Source: Smithellaceae bacterium | Lineage (GTDB): Bacteria; Desulfobacterota; Syntrophia; Syntrophales; Smithellaceae | DNA: 64,000 nt | Assembly (NCBI GenBank): GCA_963667845.2 | Contig: CAXXVL010000002.1 | Span: forward strand, 1,472,001-1,536,000 | Direction: 5' to 3' | In this document: in pieces, positions 49,328 through 59,562 of the stretch | Layout of the letters: every line of letters starts with the position of its first letter | Numbering within the stretch: the stretch's first letter is position 1 | Notes under the pieces: model-generated | What the model was told of the DNA's origin: nothing | Database searches by the model: none | The model's input: the letters and a program-made list of their open reading frames with translations, nothing else | Made by a program: the position numbers and the translations under genes

Positions 49328-50466
49328 TTTCCTTCGAACCAACCGAGAAACAGCTTGCCCTGCAGGCGCGCTTTCAGCGTCTGGCGATGGAACGGCTGCA
49401 ACCCCGATCCATGCTGATTGATGCCGCTACGCCGGCCGGCGTTGATCCTGATTATCTGGCTGTTATTGCCGAAGAGAAGCTCAATGCCTTCCTTATTCCC
49501 GAGGAATACGGCGGCACGCCGCTTTCCCGGATGAGTCTGGCCATCCTCTTCGAAGAACTGGGCGCAGGGTGCGCCGGTTTTGCAGCTGTCTACGCGCAGA
49601 CGTTTCACAGTATTGCCGCTCTGCTCATCGGCGGTTCCGAAGAGCAGAAAAAGATTTTTTTCCCGCTTCTCCTTCCACCGGGAGGCCATGTCGCAGGCTT
49701 TTGTGTCACCGAGGGAAAAAGCGGTTCCAACACGTCGTCTTTTTCGACGTCTTTCAGTCGTAAGGCAGGCTTCTTTATCGTGCGCGGTGAAAAAAATCCC
49801 GTTATCAATGCGGGACAGGGCCGGTTTTACGTGGTCTGGGCCAACGAGGACGGCACGAAGAATCGTGCCGGAATCAGCACGTTTCTAATACCCGAAAAGG
49901 CGGCCGGCCTCCGTTTCGGAACCTATCACGACAAACCGGGTTTCCGTGCGGCGCCGACGGCTACCGTTCATTTCGAGAATGTTTGCCTTCCGGAGGAGAA
50001 TATGATCGGCCCTGCCGGAAGCGGCTATCTTCTGCTCATGCAGATTCTCGACTGGGGGCGTGCGATCAGCGCTGCCATTGCCGTCGGACTTGCCCGCACG
50101 GCCATTGAGGAAATCATCCGTTTTGCGAAACAGCGCGTCATTATGAGACGCCCGATCATCAAGAACCAGAGCATAGCCTTTCTGCTGGCCGAGCTTGTCA
50201 CGGAGCTGGAAGCAGCCCGGGCCCTTGTCTGGCGCGCCTGCAGACTCATAGAACTGGGCCGGGATCACACGGTCGCGTCCTCCATGGCTAAACTTTACGC
50301 AAGCGAACTGGCCGTAAGAGCCACAACAGAGGGTATGCTGATTTTAGGTCAGATGGGCTACAGGCGGCCATCTCTCATGGATAAAATCCATCGAGATGCC
50401 GAGGCATTCCGGATCGCCGAAGGAACAAGCCATGTCCAAAAAATGATCATTTCAGGTCAGTTGTGA
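49324..50466 (+). CDS. Acyl-CoA dehydrogenase
   Basis: PEEYGG, EELG, VTEGKSGS, RIAEGTSHVQ; ATGA overlap with the XRE stop. Confidence 0.9.
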   Translation: MISFEPTEKQLALQARFQRLAMERLQPRSMLIDAATPAGVDPDYLAVIAEEKLNAFLIPEEYGGTPLSRMSLAILFEELGAGCAGFAAVYAQTFHSIAALLIGGSEEQKKIFFPLLLPPGGHVAGFCVTEGKSGSNTSSFSTSFSRKAGFFIVRGEKNPVINAGQGRFYVVWANEDGTKNRAGISTFLIPEKAAGLRFGTYHDKPGFRAAPTATVHFENVCLPEENMIGPAGSGYLLLMQILDWGRAISAAIAVGLARTAIEEIIRFAKQRVIMRRPIIKNQSIAFLLAELVTELEAARALVWRACRLIELGRDHTVASSMAKLYASELAVRATTEGMLILGQMGYRRPSLMDKIHRDAEAFRIAEGTSHVQKMIISGQL

Positions 50467-50502
50467 TCATGACGTGAAACTCCGCAAATAGTCCTTGATA
50501 AA

Positions 50503-50606
50503 ATGACAAATTGTGATAATTAACTATAACAATGAGTCATAAAAAAATTCGGTGTGCCTTCTACAGGCACCCTTTTTTTGCGTCTCTTTATGACGATTTG
50601 TCATAA
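50503..50606. promoter_or_regulatory. Candidate palindromic operators ATGAC-N5-GTCAT
   Basis: ATGACAAATTGTGAT (50503) and TTATGACGATTTGTCATAA (50588-50606); related half-site at 48919. Confidence 0.6.
50554..50579 (+). terminator. Probable intrinsic terminator
   Basis: GTGCCT-tctac-AGGCAC followed by a T7 run. Confidence 0.5.
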
Positions 50607-50716
50607 CGTCTCACGACAGTTTGATCATTAAAAATCAGGAACGAGATGCAAGGTCTGCCTCACGGATATCCGCCGCAGATGGCTCGGCAAAAATAAATGA
50701 CTTAAGGAGGACGCTT

Positions 50717-52225
50717 ATGAATCTGGTTGAATTGTTGGACAGCACAGCAAGAAAAAACCCGAATCGAGAGTGTATTCGCTACATGGGGAAGGGTTATACC
50801 TATGCTTTTATCCTCGATGCCGCGGAAAGAGCCGCCGCATTGTTCCAGCGATGGGGATTGAAGAAAGATGACAAGGTCGCCATCATGAGCCTCAATACGC
50901 CGAGCTTCGTTATCGCCTTCTATGGCGTTCTGAAAGCGGGCGGTGTTGTTGTGCCCATCAACCACAAACTGATGGGACCGGAAGTGCAATATATTTTGGG
51001 ACACTGTGAGCCGAAAATATTTCTCTTCGACGGTGCCCTGGCCGGTGTCGCCGGAAAGATCACCGATCGTTCGGCACGCTTCCTTTCTTTAGACAGCCCT
51101 GCGGAAGGATTTGAACAGCTGGACCTTCTTCTTGAAAAGGCCCCGGCCTTCGAACCCGTGGAGATTTCCGACGAAGATTTCGCGGAAATTCTTTATACAT
51201 CAGGGACAACAGGAAAGCCGAAAGGCTGCCTCCACACCCATCGCAGCGTGATCATGAGCGGCATCACCGGCGCCATAACGATGAAATTCGACGAGGACGA
51301 CCGCCTGCTGATGGCCATGCCCATCTGGCATTCATCTCCACTCAACAACTGGTTCATGGCGGCCCAGTATGTGGGATGCACAACGGTCATGATTCGCGAA
51401 TATCATCCCCTCCATTTTCTTCAGGCGATCCAGAACGAAAAATGCACGATATATTTCAGCGCGCCCATTTCTTATATTATGCCCGTCCAGATGATTCCCA
51501 ATTTCGATAGTTTTGATATTTCTTCGATGCGCGCCTGGATTTACGGCGGCGGCCCGATCGCCGCCGACACGGTCCGCATGCTTATGGAAAAATACAAGAG
51601 CAATCTTTTCTACCAGGTGTATGGCATGACGGAATCGGGACCGACGGGCACGACGCTCCGGCCGAAGGATCAGGTGCGCAAAGCCGGTTCCATTGGCCAC
51701 GGCGGACTTCCCGGGTGCGATGTGAAGGTCATGAAATCCGCAACAGAGATGGCCACTCCCGGGGAAGCAGGCGAAATATGGTTGAAAGCCGACAGCATGA
51801 TGAAGGGATACTTCAAGAATCCGGAAGCCACAGCGGAGGCCTTTACAGGTGTCTGGTATCGGACGGGAGATGTTGCCCGCCTTGACGAAGACGGCTATCT
51901 GTTTATCGTCGACAGGACGAAGGACATGATCGTCACGGGCGGCGAAAACGTTTATTCCAAAGAGGTCGAAGACGCGATCGCCACACATCCGGACGTAATG
52001 GAATCCGCCGTTATCGCCGTACCTCATCCGGAATGGGGGGAAACCGTTGCGGCCATCATTGTTCCGGCTAAGGGAAAAACGCTAACCGGCGAATCGCTTG
52101 CGGCGTTTCTGTCGGAGAAGCTCGCCAAATACAAAATTCCCAGGACGTTCCGTTTTGTCGAATCGATGCCGCACACCCCCTCGGGGAAAGTTATGAAATA
52201 CAAGCTGCGTGAAGAGTATAAGTAA
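50717..52225 (+). CDS. Acyl-CoA ligase
   Basis: AAGGAGG then ATG 50717; YTSGTTGKPKG, YGMTE, TGD, PHTPSGK. Confidence 0.92.
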   Translation: MNLVELLDSTARKNPNRECIRYMGKGYTYAFILDAAERAAALFQRWGLKKDDKVAIMSLNTPSFVIAFYGVLKAGGVVVPINHKLMGPEVQYILGHCEPKIFLFDGALAGVAGKITDRSARFLSLDSPAEGFEQLDLLLEKAPAFEPVEISDEDFAEILYTSGTTGKPKGCLHTHRSVIMSGITGAITMKFDEDDRLLMAMPIWHSSPLNNWFMAAQYVGCTTVMIREYHPLHFLQAIQNEKCTIYFSAPISYIMPVQMIPNFDSFDISSMRAWIYGGGPIAADTVRMLMEKYKSNLFYQVYGMTESGPTGTTLRPKDQVRKAGSIGHGGLPGCDVKVMKSATEMATPGEAGEIWLKADSMMKGYFKNPEATAEAFTGVWYRTGDVARLDEDGYLFIVDRTKDMIVTGGENVYSKEVEDAIATHPDVMESAVIAVPHPEWGETVAAIIVPAKGKTLTGESLAAFLSEKLAKYKIPRTFRFVESMPHTPSGKVMKYKLREEYK

Positions 52226-52258
52226 AAAATACGCTATGAACAGAAAGGAAATACATTC

Positions 52259-53509
52259 ATGTTTGACTATCTTTTATCGAAAGAGCAAATAAAGATCAGG
52301 GATGAGGCACGGGATCTCGTTAAGTCTATTCCCCGTCAGATGATTCTTGACATGGACGCGGATACTATCAAGTTTCCCAAAGAATTTCTCCGTGAAGCCG
52401 GAAGACGGAATCTCCTGGGCTGCCGCTATCCGAAACGGTGGGGCGGGCGGGATATGGACTGGGTGACGACGTGCATGCTCGTGGAGGAAATCGGGGTACT
52501 GGGTTACGAATTTGCCTGTGTCTACGGCGTGGGCGCCGAATTGGTTTGTGATGCGATTATCCTTCATGGTACGGATGAGCAGAAAGAAAGATATGTCAGA
52601 CCCCTCCTGAGCGGAGATATTTTTGCCGCTGAATGTCTGACGGAGCCCCGGGGCGGTTCTGATTTCTTCGGAGCAACCACAAAAGCCGAAGATATGGGAG
52701 ATTATTTCCTGATTAACGGACAAAAGCGTTTCATCGTCGGCGGTGAAGGAGCGGATTTCTTTCTTCTTTACGCAAAGACGGACTTTGACCCCAAAACCAA
52801 ACCGCAGAAGTCCATCACCGCGTTCATCGTCGACCGCGGACCGGGCGTCGAGACAAAATATCTCTATGGCCTTATGGGATGCCGGGGCGGCGGAACGGCG
52901 CGTCTTGTCTTCAAAGACGCGAAAGTGCCGAAGGCCAATATCGTCGGGAAACTCAACGGCGCCTATGACGTATTCAACACGATGATGATCCCGGAGCGAC
53001 TCGGTACGGCTGCCATGACCATCGGCGCTGCCCGGCCCGCCCTGGATGTGGCCACGAACTATACTTCCCGGAGAAAAGCCTTCGGTCAGGTTATTGCACA
53101 GTTTGAAGGGGTGAGCTTTCAGATTGCCGAGGCGGTGATGCTCCTTGATGCGGCCCGTTCTATGGCCTATGTGACGGCACGGGCCGTGGACAGCGGTGCG
53201 GATCAAAACCGCATCAGGCGCATGGTATCCGAATCAAAGAAATTCATCACCGAAGCCTGCCAGAAGGTCGTTCACAACTCCATGCAGGTCTGCGGCGGAA
53301 TCGGCTACACGAATATTTTGCCCATCGAGCGCATCCACCGTGATATACGACTGGCCTCCATTTGGACCGGAACAAGTGAGGTCATGTCGATGATCACCGC
53401 CCATGAATGGTATCGGGAGTATTTCCTGGCCAAGGCGGCGGGATTGACCCGGGACAGTGAGCAAGACGCGCTTGAAGCGGAAGCTGCGGACGAAATCATA
53501 TACGAATGA
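52259..53509 (+). CDS. Acyl-CoA dehydrogenase
   Basis: LTEPRGGSD, NGQKRF, PERL, GGIGY, RDIRL. Confidence 0.92.
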   Translation: MFDYLLSKEQIKIRDEARDLVKSIPRQMILDMDADTIKFPKEFLREAGRRNLLGCRYPKRWGGRDMDWVTTCMLVEEIGVLGYEFACVYGVGAELVCDAIILHGTDEQKERYVRPLLSGDIFAAECLTEPRGGSDFFGATTKAEDMGDYFLINGQKRFIVGGEGADFFLLYAKTDFDPKTKPQKSITAFIVDRGPGVETKYLYGLMGCRGGGTARLVFKDAKVPKANIVGKLNGAYDVFNTMMIPERLGTAAMTIGAARPALDVATNYTSRRKAFGQVIAQFEGVSFQIAEAVMLLDAARSMAYVTARAVDSGADQNRIRRMVSESKKFITEACQKVVHNSMQVCGGIGYTNILPIERIHRDIRLASIWTGTSEVMSMITAHEWYREYFLAKAAGLTRDSEQDALEAEAADEIIYE

Positions 53510-53516
53510 CGAAGAA

Positions 53517-53554
53517 GGACAGGAGCGGCGCCGGCCGCTCCTGTCCCCATTTTT
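53517..53554 (+). terminator. Intrinsic terminator
   Basis: GGACAGGAGCGGC-gccg-GCCGCTCCTGTCC then CATTTTT. Confidence 0.7.
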
Positions 53555-53612
53555 CAGGAAACGGGTCGAAAGGGAATCGAGATTATCGACGCCCGCTCCT
53601 TTTCTGACGGTA

Positions 53613-53756
53613 CTATCCTGTCCCTCGCATTACAAAACGATGACGGCCCGTCAGGCATATTCCGGTGGACCCTTCCAGGATTGCATCGATCCGGATATCC
53701 CGGAAATACTGCTCGACAGGAAAGTCCCGATAGTAGTCATATCCCCTGAAATCCAC
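53613..53756 (-). pseudogene. Relic C-terminus of an acyl-CoA dehydrogenase
   Basis: Manual translation GYDYYRDFPVEQYFRDIRIDAILEGSTG matches the ACAD C-terminal signature. Confidence 0.7.
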
Positions 53757-53818
53757 ATAATCTTAAATGATACAGAAATTATCTCTTGCAGGAAGGGCTG
53801 CACAAAAAATCGAAGAAG

Positions 53819-54235
53819 TTATTTAAACACTACGACCGCTTTGCCTGGCGTTGTTTGCTTACCTGCCGCGTTTTCAGTCCAGACCGACACTTCCACCAGT
53901 TTTTCACCGGCATCTTGCCACTTCTTCTCGACAACCCCTTTAACGGTCATTTCCTGATCCGGGAAATCCATGCCCCGATACTGACAAGACACCTTTTTGA
54001 TGCGCCCCTGATGGCCCAGCCAGTTCGATACGATCTCTCCCAGAGAGGACCATTTAAACTTACCATGGACGATGATGGATCCGATCGCCTTGGATTGGAA
54101 AAAATTGTAATCATGATGCATCGGGTTAAAGTCACCGCCGCCTGCCGCATATTTTACCAATTGGGTGACCGTCGGCGTTTTTTTGATTTCCGGCAGCCTA
54201 TCCCCTTCTTTCACGCTATCCCACGTTAAAGCCAT
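53819..54235 (-). CDS. MaoC-like hotdog dehydratase
   Basis: YAAGGGDFNPMHHD...IIVHG hydratase motif. Confidence 0.9.
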   Translation of the reverse strand: MALTWDSVKEGDRLPEIKKTPTVTQLVKYAAGGGDFNPMHHDYNFFQSKAIGSIIVHGKFKWSSLGEIVSNWLGHQGRIKKVSCQYRGMDFPDQEMTVKGVVEKKWQDAGEKLVEVSVWTENAAGKQTTPGKAVVVFK

Positions 54236-54276
54236 TTTCGTCTCTCCTTAGCTGTGTGTTGAAATACCCTGTTTTG

Positions 54277-54402
54277 CAGGCTGTTCAAAAAGGTTTAGCT
54301 GCAAGGCATCGCGAGGATCGAGCAGCGGAGCGTACTTTTAGAGGTACGTGAGCAGCGAGAGCCGCAGCATAACGCCGCAGATGAGCCTTTTTCAACAGCC
54401 TG
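54277..54402. mobile_element. 126-bp MITE-like element with 17-bp terminal inverted repeats
   Basis: CAGGCTGTTCAAAAAGG ... CCTTTTTCAACAGCCTG (16/17 match), non-coding interior. Confidence 0.75.
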
Positions 54403-54897
54403 TTAATATAGTATCGCCTGGCCACGTGAAACCATGACCACTTTACTGCGCTGATCTTTATATTCCATTTCAAAGCTCAGAATCAGCATCTGACCGAGTG
54501 CCTTGCTCTCACGTACATCGAGCCCAACCAGACGATTGACGGCCGTCAAGGTGTCGCCGGCGCATATCGTGTCGAAATATTCGACTTCGGTGCCGCCGTC
54601 GAGAACATTGATCAGCCCGAATTGGAGAAAGTCTATCCCCGCGTTTTTCGGTCCGGAAAAAGTGTCATCGGATTTTCCAGGAATAAACACCGGGGTTCCC
54701 AGATAGCAAGGCGGCGCCGGCAAATTACGGTACCCTGCCGCCCTGGCGGCATCGATGTCATAGTAAACGGGATCGGTATACCCCACACCCCGGGCAAAAG
54801 CCCGGACGCTGGTGGTGGTCACCTCATAGGTCCAGGGCGGAGAGTTGACGCCGATTTGGGCCTTCCACTCCTCCTTGATCTCAATCTTTTGTGCCAT
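54403..54897 (-). CDS. MaoC N-terminal-type dehydratase subunit (HadA/C-like)
   Basis: VRAFARGVG..DPVYYD..AA..AGY..LPAPP, LDGG; GGAGG 9 nt before ATG 54897. Confidence 0.85.
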   Translation of the reverse strand: MAQKIEIKEEWKAQIGVNSPPWTYEVTTTSVRAFARGVGYTDPVYYDIDAARAAGYRNLPAPPCYLGTPVFIPGKSDDTFSGPKNAGIDFLQFGLINVLDGGTEVEYFDTICAGDTLTAVNRLVGLDVRESKALGQMLILSFEMEYKDQRSKVVMVSRGQAILY

Positions 54898-55103
54898 TGG
54901 TATCATCCTCCTTTTGACGGATCAGTTTTATGGGATCATTATATATTATTTGCCACCATCTTGGACATGAAATTTTCCACCATCATTTGCACGCCCACTT
55001 GATTTGGAAACGAACTGATCGGAGAAAAACGGCGCAGGAAATCGATTTCCTCATCATAGGGCACTGGAAACGAATGGATGTTGTCAGCCGACCTTAAGAT
55101 CCC

Positions 55104-55346
55104 ATGGAACGTTATGCCCGCAAAGCGAAGATCAAATTATCCTGTCATCATCTCCGGCACACAATGGCCACACAGATGTTGAATGCCGATGCTGATCTCT
55201 CCACCATCCAGGATCTTTTAGGACACAGCAGCGTTAAGACCACGCAACGTTATTGTCGTATATCAAATCTTAAAGTACAGCGGGATTACTTTAAAGCGAT
55301 GGAGGTGATTATGCAGCGAACGGTTTGCAGCCAACACAGTCCTTGA
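55104..55346 (+). pseudogene. C-terminal fragment of a tyrosine recombinase
   Basis: HHLRH...LLGH...TTQRY; N-terminal part absent. Confidence 0.85.
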
Positions 55347-55650
55347 CGAAAGAACAAAAATATGAAAACTCACGCAATGTGCAACTGATTAACATCAATA
55401 AGAAAAACAGAATTTAGTTCGTATAGCTTCCTGTACTAAATAAAAATGACACCGCTTTCGATTTGCAAACTTTCGATCGCTAATCGATGAATTATTTTTT
55501 GACGGGGAGATAGCATTTGGTATATTTATGAGGTAAGTATATTTCGAGACACTAAGCTAAGGTATTAAATCATCTTTGAATTAACAAGAGTTAACATAAA
55601 GAAGCGACTTTCCGTCGCTCTCGGCCGGGGAAAATATACAAGGAGCAAAT

Positions 55651-56685
55651 ATGATGACCCATTTAAGACTCTGGTATGAACGAAATATTCTCCTCATTGC
55701 GATAGGAGGATTTGCGGTTTTGGCCATGAGTTCGTGTTTCCTGGCATGTGACCGTACAGATAAAAAATCCGTTGTCCCCGCTGAAAAAATAACCATAGCT
55801 TACGCAACCCTGGTTGAGGCAGCGATTCCCCAGGTTGCGCAGTCACAGGGATACTACCGTGAAGAAGGATTAGAGATGACTCCACACTTACATTCTTATG
55901 GGAAACTTGCCCTTCAGGAAGTGCTGGATGGCAAGGCGGATTTTGCGACCGTCGCCGAAACGCCCATAATGTTCGCAATCCTGAACGGTGAGAAAATATC
56001 TATCATCGCAACCTTCCAGAGCTCCAAGAAAAATCATGCCATTGTTGCAAGAAAAGATAAGGGGATTCAAAGGCCTAAGGATCTGAAGGGCAAAAAGATT
56101 GCCACAACCGTGGGTATCACGGCTGATTATTTTATGGACGCTTTCTTTGCCACTCACGGGATAGCAAGGAAGGATGTGACGATTGTCAACCTGAAGCCGG
56201 AAGAATGTGAAAACGCCATCACGAATGGAAAGGTTGATGCCATATCCGCATTTTATCCTTTCTTAAGCCGGACGCAAAACAGGCTGGGGGGAAAAGGAAT
56301 TACGTTCTACAATGAAGATATCTACACATCGACTTTTAACCTGGTCACAACGCAGGAATTTATCCGTATAAATCCTGGCAAAGTCAGGAAGGTGCTTCGT
56401 GCTCTCATCAAAGCCGAGGAATTTGTTGCAGGAAATCAGACCGAGGCGCAAAAAATTGTAGCTGATTTCTGTGGGATTAGGCCAGACGTTGTGCAGCATA
56501 TCTGGGCCGATTCCAGATTTGCCGTGAGGCTTGACCAGTCACTAATCTTAGCCCTGGAAGATGAGTCACGCTGGGCGATCAATTACAAACTGACCCGCGC
56601 AAAGAAAGTACCAAATTATCTCGAATTTATTCACATTGATGCTCTGAAGTTAGTTAAACCTGATGCCGTAGCGATTTTAAGATAG
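55651..56685 (+). CDS. NMT1/SsuA-like ABC substrate-binding lipoprotein
   Basis: FLAC lipobox, GYYREEGL, DLKGKKIA, GKVDA. Confidence 0.85.
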   Translation: MMTHLRLWYERNILLIAIGGFAVLAMSSCFLACDRTDKKSVVPAEKITIAYATLVEAAIPQVAQSQGYYREEGLEMTPHLHSYGKLALQEVLDGKADFATVAETPIMFAILNGEKISIIATFQSSKKNHAIVARKDKGIQRPKDLKGKKIATTVGITADYFMDAFFATHGIARKDVTIVNLKPEECENAITNGKVDAISAFYPFLSRTQNRLGGKGITFYNEDIYTSTFNLVTTQEFIRINPGKVRKVLRALIKAEEFVAGNQTEAQKIVADFCGIRPDVVQHIWADSRFAVRLDQSLILALEDESRWAINYKLTRAKKVPNYLEFIHIDALKLVKPDAVAILR

Positions 56686-56690
56686 GATAT

Positions 56691-58220
56691 ATGGGAACGA
56701 TGCAAATCAAAAAAAGGCTGCAAATCAATGTCGTCGTGTCGGTGTTAACGGTTCTGCTAATTGGTCTAGTGCTTTTTTTGTCTTTATATCGGATCAACAA
56801 GGCAAACAATCTGGCGAAAATCGCCGGCGACATCACTCTGATTTCATTTGAAAGGGTCACGCTTCGGACTGACTATCTGCGGACGGGCAATGAACGATCA
56901 AAAGAACAGCTTATTGCCAAGCAAGAACAGCTTTCCGGACTTTTAAAGATCGCAGCAGATAATTTCACACGCCCGAAAGATAAAAATATCATTGGTGAGT
57001 TGATTAAAAATCATGAAGTAAACGTAAAAATTGTACAGAATATCATGAAAAACCGGGATAGAAAAACGTCGGCTACCCATACTGACCTGCTCGAAATCGA
57101 GACGGAAGATCGGCTGGAAAGCCAGTTGAATATGAAGAACTATGAAACAGTCATCCATAGCCGCAAATTGCTGGAGTCGAGTAGGGAGGCCCGTAAATCA
57201 ACGATCAGAATAGCGGGTGCAGGAATCCTCGCCATGCTTCTACTGATCTGCGCAGTTATCGTCATCAATTCATGGACAATGGGCAGAGCCATAACAGATC
57301 GAGTCCAAAGGCTCCGTCAAGGCGCAGAGACAATCGGGGATGGAGACCTGGATCACAGGATCGATATCAAGGGCAATGATGAGTTTGCCCGTCTTTCAGC
57401 CGCTTTCGATACTATGGCTTCAAAACTTCAGGAAACTTACAATACTTTAAAAAGAGAGATCACCGAACGTAAGCTTGTGGAAGATCAATTACTGAAACAG
57501 TCAATGCAATTACAGGAGAATACTGCCCAGCTGAAAGCAGCCAACCGCGAGATGGAAAGCTTCAGCTATTCCGTTTCCCATGATCTCAGGGCGCCGCTTC
57601 GGGCCATCGACGGTTATTCGCAGATGATTCTCAAAAAGCAGGGAGACCGCTTAGATGAAGATACAAGGCGTCAATTTCAGGTCATCAGAGATAATGTGGA
57701 CAAGATGGGAAAACTTATCGATGATTTACTGACCTTTTCCCGTTTCGGAAGACAAGAAGTGGCCAAAACGGATCTCGAATTGGATGAGCTGATCCGGGAG
57801 GTTTGGGGCGAATTGGTCACGATCAATCCCGGCCGAGCTATGTCTCTAAAGATGGAACAAATGCCAGCAGCCTGCGGAGACAAGACACTGATCCGGCAGG
57901 TCTATAGCAATTTGCTGGGCAATGCGGTCAAGTTTACAAATACGCGGGAGTCCGCCATAATTGAGGCGGGAAGCTATATGGAAGACAATGAGCAGGTTTA
58001 TTTTGTGAGGGATAACGGTATCGGCTTCGATATGAAATTCTACAACAAGCTTTTCGGTGTTTTCCAGCGTCTGCACAGCGATGCCGAATATGAAGGGACG
58101 GGAATCGGCCTGGCCCTGGTCCATCGTATCATCACCCGCCATGGTGGCCGGGTTTGGGCGGGAGGAAAAGTGGACAAGGGGGCAACGTTCTTCTTCACGC
58201 TTCCGGCCTCGCAAGGATGA
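56691..58220 (+). CDS. HAMP sensor histidine kinase
   Basis: Two TM helices, HAMP (GNDEFARL), SHDLRAPLR, NAVKF, GTGIGLA. Confidence 0.92.
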   Translation: MGTMQIKKRLQINVVVSVLTVLLIGLVLFLSLYRINKANNLAKIAGDITLISFERVTLRTDYLRTGNERSKEQLIAKQEQLSGLLKIAADNFTRPKDKNIIGELIKNHEVNVKIVQNIMKNRDRKTSATHTDLLEIETEDRLESQLNMKNYETVIHSRKLLESSREARKSTIRIAGAGILAMLLLICAVIVINSWTMGRAITDRVQRLRQGAETIGDGDLDHRIDIKGNDEFARLSAAFDTMASKLQETYNTLKREITERKLVEDQLLKQSMQLQENTAQLKAANREMESFSYSVSHDLRAPLRAIDGYSQMILKKQGDRLDEDTRRQFQVIRDNVDKMGKLIDDLLTFSRFGRQEVAKTDLELDELIREVWGELVTINPGRAMSLKMEQMPAACGDKTLIRQVYSNLLGNAVKFTNTRESAIIEAGSYMEDNEQVYFVRDNGIGFDMKFYNKLFGVFQRLHSDAEYEGTGIGLALVHRIITRHGGRVWAGGKVDKGATFFFTLPASQG

Positions 58221-58290
58221 TGCTTTCAAACAGTATTCATCGATTCTCCGCTAGGTAGCTGCGTGCGGATAAAGTAGGTGAAGCAAATAT

Positions 58291-59562
58291 TGATCTTCCC
58301 CCAGAAAAACGGACACCTCGGTTAAGGGAAAACCCCGGCATTTTCAAAGGCCCAGGGACTTCTGTTCTGTAACGCAGAATGCCTGCGTTTGCGATTATAA
58401 AAGAGCTCGATGTAATCAAACAGGCTGGCTCGGGCTTCCGATCGGGTCTTGTAATCCTCAAAGCCTACCCACTCGGTTTTCAGAGAATGAAAGAAACTCT
58501 CCATCGGTGCATTATCCCAACAATTACCTTTCCGGCTCATACTGCAGATGACACCCAGGCTGCTTAACAGCTGCTGATAAGATGTCGACGCATACTGCAC
58601 ACCTTGATCGGAATGCAAAAGCACACCCTTAATGTTTTTCCGATGAGCCGCCGCCATCTTTAAGGCATCTTCAATCAACTCGGTACTGTTTTTCTCACCC
58701 ATTGACCAGCCAACAACCATTCGGGAATAAAGGTCTATGATCGCCGATAAATATAACCAGCCTTTCCGGGTCGGTATAAATGTCACATCAGATACCCACT
58801 TCCGATTGGCTGTGTCTGATGTAAATTCTCCGCCTAGTAAGTTCTCAGCGGGTTTTCTGGTTCCTCTTGAATCGGTCGTTACCACAAAACGTTTGTGTAC
58901 TTTTGATTGAATCTTCGCTTTCCGCATCAAACTGGCCACGGTGTTTCGACCAACTTGTTCCCCTTGATCAATCAAATCGCCATGAATGCGCGGCGCGCTA
59001 TATATCTTCCTGCTGGCAAGATGCGCCTGCCGTATCTTAACCGTTAAATCCTGGTGCCGTTTTGCTCTGGCGCTCTCCGGGGCGATCCGTCCAATCATAA
59101 TATCCGCTTCTGGATACTTCTAATACTCTACACATCACCGCTGCTCTATATTGCGTTCTCTGCGACCGGATAAACCGATACTTCACTTCATTTCCCGCGC
59201 AAAGAACGCTGCGGCTTTTTTTAAGATTTCATTCTCTTCCTTAACTCGTTCCAACTCGCGTTTCAATTTGCTGATCTCTTCCGCTTCTGTTCCGCTTGAA
59301 GCTCGTCGCCCATGTCCGGGAAACGCACCGCCACCATGTAGATCCTCTTTTCTTTCCATTTATAAAGCTGGTTTCTCCTTAGCCCAAGCTCCCGGGCTAG
59401 TTCCGCAGGTGGCTTCTTTCCTTCTTCCATTAACCTCACTGCTTCCAGCTTAAATTCCCGGCTAAATGACTGCCTCTGCTTTCTCATCGGACACTCCTTT
59501 CTTCTTTATTGTATACGACTCTGTATACTTTTTGAAGTGTCCGTTAAACTGGGGTAGGTTCA
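58291..59562 (-). mobile_element. IS3-family insertion sequence (1272 bp), frameshifted
   Basis: TG...CA ends with 26-bp imperfect IRs; OrfA HTH 59487-59183; A7G slippery site 59215-59222; OrfB DDE core (WVSDVT, HSDQG, DNAPMES). Confidence 0.93.
58322..59487 (-). pseudogene. IS3 transposase OrfAB with two extra frameshifts
   Basis: Frame breaks near 59350 (A-run) and 59080 (C-run) on the coding strand. Confidence 0.8.

Noticed and set aside
55198..55209. TCTCCACCATCC matching the tRNA-Ala 3' end as an att site
   Set aside because: It is inverted rather than direct relative to the tRNA and lies inside the integrase coding sequence (LSTI); likely chance
55429..55443. CTGTACTAAATAA as a recombinase end site
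   Set aside because: No partner copy seen in the window to support it
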